64,000 bases of DNA. It comes from a virus (lineage: Duplodnaviria > Caudoviricetes). The notes under the pieces are model-generated. The model did not search any database. It was not told the origin of the DNA and saw nothing but the letters and a program-made list of their open reading frames with translations. The translations under genes were made by a program, and so were the position numbers. The stretch's first letter is position 1. The number at the start of each line of letters is the position of its first letter. The stretch lies in IMG/VR virus record IMGVR_UViG_2558860984_000001, positions 1-64,000 of that record; one strand, given 5' to 3'. Of the stretch, positions 57,745 through 64,000 are shown piece by piece.

Positions 57745-57818
57745 GAATTGATCGCGGAATATGGCTACACCCCCGGCCCGCCCGGGCCGGGGGAGCGCAA
57801 CGAGAAGGCGAGAGCAGC

Positions 57819-58247
57819 GTGATCCAACAGATCAAGTTGGCGACCTGCACGTATCAGGAATTCACCCCCACCATGGGCACCCCCGTGCGCACCACCGCGG
57901 GTCACCCGCGATTCCCCCTCACCTACCAGCTCGGCGGCATCGCGCGCTCCGTGACGCCCACACGGGATCTGCTGAAGATCGAAGCCGAGGACGCGTACGA
58001 GTGGGCGTACCGGCGGCTGCTGGCCGCGCGGGGACTCGACACGATCCGCGAGGAACTGACGGCCATCGCCGGAGTGAACGACCTCGACAGTCCGCTGGTC
58101 CTGCTGTGCTTCGACAAGCTCAGCAAGCCCGGCAACTGGTGCCACCGCACCATGTTCGCCCGCTGGTGGACCGAGGAGACCGGCGAGCCGGTGCCCGAGC
58201 TGGGCGCCTCGCCCGCGCCGAGGTCGGCGCCCCCATCCCTGTTCTGA
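57819..58247 (+). CDS. DUF488-like protein
   Basis: LVLLCFD..WCHR..ARW. Confidence 0.75.
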   Translation: MIQQIKLATCTYQEFTPTMGTPVRTTAGHPRFPLTYQLGGIARSVTPTRDLLKIEAEDAYEWAYRRLLAARGLDTIREELTAIAGVNDLDSPLVLLCFDKLSKPGNWCHRTMFARWWTEETGEPVPELGASPAPRSAPPSLF

Positions 58248-58325
58248 CGACGACATTCGACCCCCGGGGCGGGCTGGCACGGACAGTGCCAGACCCGCCC
58301 CGACCCATGAGCGAAGGAGGAGACC

Positions 58326-58760
58326 GTGCACCGCGTCATGGTCAGCAACAACGACAAGGACAAGTACCCGGCGTACGTCGACCCGCGAGAGTGGGACGGC
58401 GACGGCTGGGTGAAGCCGTACTTCGACCTGGACACCGTGCGAAAGCTGGCCGCGAACACCCAGTCCGCCGCTGCGGAGTTCGGACATGGCTCGATCGACA
58501 CCGTGCACGTCGTCGACGGCGACGCGAACGGCAACCCGCCCGCCCTGGTCGTTGTCGTGACCTGGATGGACGTCGACTCCAAGGGCATCGACGAGGCCAC
58601 CACGATCGTCGAGCCGATCCGCCACCCCGAGCACGACGGCCAGGACGACGACGAAGACGACGGCGAACGGCTCTGGCCGGTCGGCGGCTTCCGCTGGCGC
58701 TGGTACGCGATCGCCCCCGACGGCATCCACCCGCAGATCCCGTACGAGCCCGAGCAGTAG
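58326..58760 (+). CDS. Hypothetical protein (paralogue of the N-domain of the next gene)
   Basis: AAGGAGG RBS; YPAYVDP..GWVKPYF..GGFRWRWY. Confidence 0.7.
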   Translation: MHRVMVSNNDKDKYPAYVDPREWDGDGWVKPYFDLDTVRKLAANTQSAAAEFGHGSIDTVHVVDGDANGNPPALVVVVTWMDVDSKGIDEATTIVEPIRHPEHDGQDDDEDDGERLWPVGGFRWRWYAIAPDGIHPQIPYEPEQ

Positions 58761-58774
58761 CAGCCGGGCCACCA

Positions 58775-58820
58775 CCGGGCGGGCGCGGGCCGGGAATCCC
58801 CGCCCGCCCGGCAGCAGCGA
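58775..58820 (+). repeat. Intergenic hairpin repeat, copy 1
   Basis: 37 nt identical to 59996-60032, followed by CAGCAGCGA. Confidence 0.85.
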
Positions 58821-58846
58821 CAAACCTCACCCCAAGGAGAACAGCG

Positions 58847-59929
58847 ATGGCTGTGATCGACACCTACGTGTGCGTGGACGACGTGCACCTTTACCCGGCC
58901 CTGGTGGACCCCACCGATCGGTGGAACGGCTGGGTCAACCCCGGCTTCACCATCGACGCTGCGCGCCAACTCGCCGCGCACACCGAAGAGATGGCCGAGA
59001 AGTACGGCCGCGACTGCACCGACCAGATCCACGTCATCGAGGGCGGCCCCGTCCCCGTCGTGCTGCACATCCGGTGGATGTACCTCGCCGACGAGCCCGC
59101 TACCGCCGCGAACGTCATCAAGCCCGATGAGGACGGCCTGTACTGGATCGGCGGCTACGAGTGGACCTGGTACATCGTCGAGGAGGGCCCGACGCTGTTC
59201 CACAGTAAGAACACCGCCTTCAACGCCTGGCGCGAGATGCTCGACGCCACCGCCCGCCGCATCGGCGAAGTCGTGCGCACCCAGATGCCCGACGCGCTCG
59301 CCGCGCTCGTCGACCTCCACGGCCCCGGACACATCCGGGCCATCGCCGCCTCCGCGAGCGGAACCGGCTGGCCGACCTACGACGAGCATGACGGCCAGGA
59401 CGGCTGCGGACCGTTCGACAGCGAGACGCTGGGCGAAGCCGACGAACTGATGCGCAAGGCCCTCGGCTTCCGCCGCGACCCGATCATGCTGGAAATGGGC
59501 GGCTGGCGCCGCGCCCGCGACATCGCCCCGGGCATGCACCGCATCGTGTTCGCGCCGCAGGATGCCGAACCGGCCGGCGACGGCCCGCTGGAGGAAGCCC
59601 GCGAGCGGTTCACCGAAGCCCGGCGGCAGCTCATGACCGACTGCGTGCCGAGTCTCGCCGCCACCTGCCGCGAGGCAGTTCCCGACGCAACCGGTGTCGT
59701 CGCCTCGCTCACCGACCCCGTTCGGCTGCTGTGGTTCGCGACTGCCGACGAGGGAGTTCGGACGTGGGCCATCAGCATCCCCGCCGACAAGACGCAGGCC
59801 GTCATCGACCGGCTGATGGACATCTTCGCGTACGGGCCGACCGCTGAAGACCTGGTCGCGTGCGGCTGGAAGCCGGTCAGCGGCGAAGAGGACATCGACG
59901 CGCACCTGCTGGTGCTCCCCTCCGCGTAA
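58847..59929 (+). CDS. Hypothetical multi-domain protein
   Basis: AAGGAG RBS; YPALVDP..GWVNPGF..GGYEWTWY. Confidence 0.7.
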   Translation: MAVIDTYVCVDDVHLYPALVDPTDRWNGWVNPGFTIDAARQLAAHTEEMAEKYGRDCTDQIHVIEGGPVPVVLHIRWMYLADEPATAANVIKPDEDGLYWIGGYEWTWYIVEEGPTLFHSKNTAFNAWREMLDATARRIGEVVRTQMPDALAALVDLHGPGHIRAIAASASGTGWPTYDEHDGQDGCGPFDSETLGEADELMRKALGFRRDPIMLEMGGWRRARDIAPGMHRIVFAPQDAEPAGDGPLEEARERFTEARRQLMTDCVPSLAATCREAVPDATGVVASLTDPVRLLWFATADEGVRTWAISIPADKTQAVIDRLMDIFAYGPTAEDLVACGWKPVSGEEDIDAHLLVLPSA

Positions 59930-59995
59930 CCGCCTGTCTGCCCTCACCGGGGCGGCCTTCGTGCCGCCCCGGCCTTACCCCTGCCTTGCCACATC

Positions 59996-60045
59996 CCGGG
60001 CGGGCGCGGGCCGGGAATCCCCGCCCGCCCGGACGCCAGCAGCGA
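59996..60045 (+). repeat. Intergenic hairpin repeat, copy 2
   Basis: CCGGGCGGGCGCGGGCCGGGAATCCCCGCCCGCCCGG..CAGCAGCGA. Confidence 0.85.
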
Positions 60046-60075
60046 TCACCCCTACCCAGGAAGGCCCACACAGGA

Positions 60076-61794
60076 ATGGCTTACCGGCACGACGGCTCCG
60101 ACCTCACCGTTCAGGACTGGTTCTGCGGAGCTGGAGGCTCCAGTCAGGCGGCCGAGAAGGTGCCTGGTCTCCGGGTGTGCTTCGCGGCGAACCACTGGAA
60201 ACAGGCGATCAAGTCCCACATGTTCAACTTCCCCGGCATCGCGCACTACACGGGGGACATCCGCCGCGCCCCGGTGTGGTCCTGGCCGGTCGCTGACCTG
60301 CACTGGGGATCTCCGGAGTGCACGAACTGGTCCATGGCGAAGGGCCAGAAGCGCAGCTTCGCGAAGGCCGTGCAGGGCGACCTGCTGGAGCTGTACGCGG
60401 ACGAGGAAGCGGACAAGTTCCGCACGGCCGGCGACGGCGACCCGGACGGCCCGACGAAGGAAGAGAAGGAATCGCGGGCGCTGATGGAGGAGGTGCCGCT
60501 CTACCTCCGCGGGGTGCAAGAACGCGGCGGGCTCGTGAAGGCGGGCGTCGTCGAGAACGTGATCGACGTCCGTGACTGGGCGGAATGGGACCGGTGGCGC
60601 GCCGAGTTCCACAAGCTCGGCTACCACACCAGGCTGATCGCGCTGAACTCGATGCACGCCGACCCGCGCAGCGTGGACCGCGCCCCGCAGAGCCGAGACC
60701 GGCTGTACCTGGCGTACTGGCACCGCAGCCTCGGACGGACACCGAACTGGGACAAGTGGCTCAGGCCGCGGGCACGCTGCATGGCGTGCGACGAAGTCGT
60801 GGCCGCCGAGCAGGTGTTCCGGAAGCCGGGCCAGGACATGGGCCGCTACCGGCAGGCGTACGACTACCGGTGCCCGCGGAAACACTGCCGGGCCATCGTG
60901 GAACCGAAGACGCTGCCCGCGGCCGCGGCGATCGACTGGACCATCAAGGGCACGCCGATCGGCAGCCGCCCCAAGAGCAAGGACTGCCCCGAGGGCCTGG
61001 CCCCGGCGACGATGGCCCGCATCCGGGCCGGCGTCGCCAAGTTCTGGCCGCAGCCCGACGCCGTCGACGAATGCGACGGGCAGGGCGCGCTGTTCGACGA
61101 CCACGGCGAAGCGGCGCCCGCCGGGGGAGCCCCGCCGCTCCTCGTGCCGACCGGCGGCACCTGGCGCACCGGCGCGAGCAGCGTGGACGTCCCGATGCCC
61201 ACGCGGACCACGACCGAAGGCGACGCGCTGACGGTCCCGCCGCTGCTGATCCCGTGCGAGGGAAGGGACGGCAAGCGGGCCATGCCGCTGGATGAGCCGC
61301 TGCGCACCCAGACGACGCGATCGGAAACCGCCATCGCTTACGCCCCGTTCGTGGTGCCCATGCGCGGGGGCGGCGACAAGGAGAAGGCCCGGGACATCCG
61401 GCAGCCGCTCCACACCGTGACCGCCGGCGGCAACCACCACGGCCTCGTGACCCCGCCGCTGCTGGTGCCGTACTACGGCAACGGACAGGCCCGCACCACG
61501 AACGAGCCGATCGGCGCCCTGCCCACCCGCGACCGCTACGCGCTGCTGGAGAACGGCGAGTACGACGTCTCCAAGATCCTCTTCAGGATGCTGCAGCCGA
61601 GTGAGATCGGCCGGGCCATGGCGTTCGCGGCCAACTATCGCGTCCTCGGCACCAAGCGGCAGCAGGTCAAGCAGTACGGGAATGCGGTGACCCCTCCGGC
61701 GGCCGAGGTGCTGCTGTGCGCGCTCGTCGAGTGCATCACCGGCGAGGACATCGACCGGTACGCCGACCCGAACCGCATGGCACTGGTCGCCTGA
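60076..61794 (+). CDS. C5-cytosine DNA methyltransferase
   Basis: FCGAGG, SPEC, ENV, QSRDR, YGNAV. Confidence 0.93.
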   Translation: MAYRHDGSDLTVQDWFCGAGGSSQAAEKVPGLRVCFAANHWKQAIKSHMFNFPGIAHYTGDIRRAPVWSWPVADLHWGSPECTNWSMAKGQKRSFAKAVQGDLLELYADEEADKFRTAGDGDPDGPTKEEKESRALMEEVPLYLRGVQERGGLVKAGVVENVIDVRDWAEWDRWRAEFHKLGYHTRLIALNSMHADPRSVDRAPQSRDRLYLAYWHRSLGRTPNWDKWLRPRARCMACDEVVAAEQVFRKPGQDMGRYRQAYDYRCPRKHCRAIVEPKTLPAAAAIDWTIKGTPIGSRPKSKDCPEGLAPATMARIRAGVAKFWPQPDAVDECDGQGALFDDHGEAAPAGGAPPLLVPTGGTWRTGASSVDVPMPTRTTTEGDALTVPPLLIPCEGRDGKRAMPLDEPLRTQTTRSETAIAYAPFVVPMRGGGDKEKARDIRQPLHTVTAGGNHHGLVTPPLLVPYYGNGQARTTNEPIGALPTRDRYALLENGEYDVSKILFRMLQPSEIGRAMAFAANYRVLGTKRQQVKQYGNAVTPPAAEVLLCALVECITGEDIDRYADPNRMALVA

Positions 61795-61807
61795 CCTGCG
61801 CATGTGT

Positions 61808-61860
61808 GCGGCCGACGGGCGAAAGCCTGGGAATCCCGTCGGCCGCGCGCCCAGCAGCGA
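61808..61860 (+). repeat. Intergenic hairpin repeat, divergent copy 3
   Basis: Different stem (GCGGCCGACGGG/CCCGTCGGCCGC) with the same C(C/T)GGGAATCCC and CAGCAGCGA. Confidence 0.65.
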
Positions 61861-62098
61861 TGGGCCTCACGACCCGACCAGGCGTCGCCCACCGTACCCG
61901 CCCCGGCGCAGCTCCGGCCGCCGCACCAGCCCCTCGGCGCCCCCGCCCGCCTGACCTGCCCCGGACAGAGGGACACACGCCTCCCTCAGCCCTCCACCCC
62001 CTGACGGTCCACCTCCCCCCAAGCGGTAGCCCCGCGGCCGTCACAGCCCCGGCCACCGCCTCCCTGCCCCAGATCCGGGCCAATCCGAAAGCCCCGAG

Positions 62099-63046
62099 AT
62101 GACCACCGGACAACTCGCCTTCGAACTCCCCGGCCTCGATGACGCCGGCCCCGACCTCGCCTCGTACCGGTGGCTGCTGGCGAACATCAGCGGCGGCAAG
62201 GACTCGATGGCGATGCTCCACGAACTCGTCCGCCAGGCCGACGCCGCCGGCGTCCCCCGCGACCGCATCGTCTGCGTGCACGCCGACCTCGTCCGCGCCG
62301 AGTGGGAAGGCGTCCGCGAACTCGCCGCCGCGCCCGCCGCCGCGTACGGCCTGCGGTTCGAGGTCGTGGCACGCATCGGCCTCGACCTGATCGACCGCAT
62401 CGCCGAGCGCGGCATGTTCCCCGACGCATCGAACCGCTGGTGCACGAGCGACTTCAAGCGAGGCCCCGTCCGGCGCCTGATGACCGCCCTCGTCCGCGAA
62501 GCCGAAGCCGCCGGACACCTCTGCCGAGTCCGCATCCTCAACGTGATGGGCCTGCGCGCCGACGAGTCACCGGCCCGCCGCCGACTGCGCGCCTTCTCCC
62601 ACGACGGCGCCCTCACCTGCCCCTGCCCAGACTGCCTTTCCCGCCGTGCCGCGCTGGAGAGCGCCGAACGACGCGGCGTACCCTGCCCGAAGCACAAGAA
62701 GCCCGGCCACGGCGCGTCGAACACACTGCGGCACGTCGACACCTGGCACCCCGTGCACTCCTGGTCGACCAGAGACGTGTGGGCGGCCGTCGAGCGGTCC
62801 GGCCTCCGCCCGCACCCCGCCTACGCCAACGGCATGCCCCGCCTGTCGTGTTCGTTCTGCGTTCTAGCGTCGCGGCCGGCGCTCGTGCGCGCCGCGCAGC
62901 TCCGGCCCGAACTGGCCGCCGAGTACGCCACCATCGAGAAGCGAATCGGCCACCGCTTCAGGAACGACGTGTCGATGGCAGAGATCATCGACGAGGCTGC
63001 TGAGGCATCGTCCGAGGTCACAGCAATTCCCTGCTGGACAGGGTGA
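62099..63046 (+). CDS. PAPS-reductase-family (PP-loop) protein
   Basis: SGGKDS, RWCTSDFK, GLRADES..RR, RLSCSFC. Confidence 0.9.
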   Translation: MTTGQLAFELPGLDDAGPDLASYRWLLANISGGKDSMAMLHELVRQADAAGVPRDRIVCVHADLVRAEWEGVRELAAAPAAAYGLRFEVVARIGLDLIDRIAERGMFPDASNRWCTSDFKRGPVRRLMTALVREAEAAGHLCRVRILNVMGLRADESPARRRLRAFSHDGALTCPCPDCLSRRAALESAERRGVPCPKHKKPGHGASNTLRHVDTWHPVHSWSTRDVWAAVERSGLRPHPAYANGMPRLSCSFCVLASRPALVRAAQLRPELAAEYATIEKRIGHRFRNDVSMAEIIDEAAEASSEVTAIPCWTG

Positions 63047-63210
63047 TCACCAATCGTGTGTATCATCCAAGATGCGATCGGCCGTCCTGTGCAGCGGCGC
63101 GGCCGACGCAGGCGCCGGTGGTCGCAACGCAGCACGATCGCCTTCCGGGCGATAGGTCCAGGTGCAAACCCTGGCCGGCGCTCTCCCCACACCCTTCCAG
63201 GGGGCGCGCC

Positions 63211-64000
63211 ATGTTCCACGGATCAATCCCCGCCCCCCTCCGCTCGATCATCTACGAGCACGCCGGCGCCTGGCCCGAGACCGACATCTACATCGGCTGC
63301 AGCGGGAACTTCACCATCGAGCGCGTCCTGCACTCCCGATTCGGCAACACGCGACCGGTGCACGGCAACGACATCACCGCCTACTCGTGCGCGCTCGGCT
63401 GGTTCCTCGCTGGGGAGGACCTGCCGTACGAGCTGCGCGAGGAGTACGAAGACGAGCTGGGGTGGGTAGCCCCCTACCTGGAGGACCGCACCGACCGGCT
63501 CGCCACCCTGATGCTCGGCACCCGCTTCCTCCAGTACGTCGGCAAGGAAGGCACCTACTACCGGCGGATGCTCGACGCCACCCGCGATCAATGGCCGCGG
63601 ATGCACGAGAAGACCGCGGCGAAGCTCCACGCACTGGAGACCCGCCTCGGCAGCTTCTACGCCGGCGACGTCCGCACGTACCTCAGCGAAGAGGTCCCCG
63701 AGCGTGCCCCGGTCGTCATGTTCCCGCCGTTCTACTGCCTGTCGCCCGAGCACCGGCTACTCACCGCGGATCTGCGATGGGTGCCCTGCGGCGACCTGCG
63801 GGCCGGTGACCGCCTCCTCGCCTTCGATGAAGAGACGCCCAAGGGCTCCACGCACCGGCGACTTCGCTGGTCACAGATCGTCCGTTCGGAGCCCGCCATG
63901 AAGGAGTGCGTGCGGGTCATCCTGGAGGACGGAACCGACATCGTGTGCACTGCGGACCACCCGTGGCTCGCCGACCGGCACAACCGGCCGAGCAGAACAC
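63211..64000 (+). CDS. Adenine-MTase-like protein interrupted by an intein (3' end beyond window; not in the ORF track)
   Basis: MFHGSIP.., IYIGCSGNF (motif I-like), HGND, GDV, FPPFY (motif IV-like); open to the window end. Confidence 0.75.
   Translation, partial: MFHGSIPAPLRSIIYEHAGAWPETDIYIGCSGNFTIERVLHSRFGNTRPVHGNDITAYSCALGWFLAGEDLPYELREEYEDELGWVAPYLEDRTDRLATLMLGTRFLQYVGKEGTYYRRMLDATRDQWPRMHEKTAAKLHALETRLGSFYAGDVRTYLSEEVPERAPVVMFPPFYCLSPEHRLLTADLRWVPCGDLRAGDRLLAFDEETPKGSTHRRLRWSQIVRSEPAMKECVRVILEDGTDIVCTADHPWLADRHNRPSRT
63736..64000 (+). mobile_element. Intein (Hint) N-terminal part
   Basis: Block A CLSPEHRLLTAD..GDLRAGDRL and block B IVCTADHPW. Confidence 0.85.

Larger units (their letters stand above)
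1..64000. mobile_element. Integrated prophage / phage-plasmid mosaic element (both ends outside the window)
   Basis: Integrase, repressor/Cro, YqaJ-ERF, RusA, WhiB and a rep gene in a tightly coupled operon (ATGA/GTGA overlaps), then plasmid-like genes. No host housekeeping genes seen. Confidence 0.85.

Noticed and set aside
55497-61803. Long minus-strand ORFs (639, 674, 583 aa) and similar ones elsewhere
   Set aside because: Antisense shadows of GC3-biased genes with clear motifs on the plus strand.
58775-61860. Hairpin repeats as a CRISPR array or tRNAs
   Set aside because: Copies are separated by whole genes, no cas genes are present, and there is no cloverleaf or anticodon arm.
62099-63046. 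Complete Dnd/Ssp phosphorothioation system or sulfate-assimilation CysH
   Set aside because: No DndA/B/D/E, SspB/C or cys genes were recognised in the window; only the family can be called.

Overview
Very GC-rich, Streptomyces-like DNA that appears to lie wholly inside one large integrated mobile element, probably a prophage/plasmid mosaic. Family calls come from motif recognition by eye, not database searches. Layout: (1) 1-3.6 kb tyrosine integrase, repressor/Cro switch and excisionase-like gene. (2) 3.7-26.6 kb phage early operon: YqaJ/ERF recombination, DEDDh exonuclease, HAD, RusA, a double-WhiB protein, a replication initiator with internal iterons, HIT, GIY-YIG, a beta-class DNA MTase, two gene remnants and an inserted Phd-type pair. 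(3) 26.6-34.2 kb cargo: a Panacea (DUF4065) TA-like pair, and a complete lasso-peptide cluster (A, C, B1, B2, ABC) divergent from an HTH + helical-repeat regulator that has a TTA codon and a possible internal start. (4) 34.5-47.1 kb plasmid/AICE-like spread region with Spd-like membrane proteins, NERD, GntR, an apparently ATPase-less TraB-like protein followed by a clt-like 8-bp repeat array, and structured leader RNAs. (5) 47.3-64 kb operons marked by two repeated operator families, encoding DUF3560, ParB, N6- and C5-MTases, DUF488, a PAPS-reductase-family enzyme and an intein-interrupted MTase-like gene that runs off the window. No virion structural genes, tRNA, rRNA or CRISPR array were recognised, and no att site is visible.
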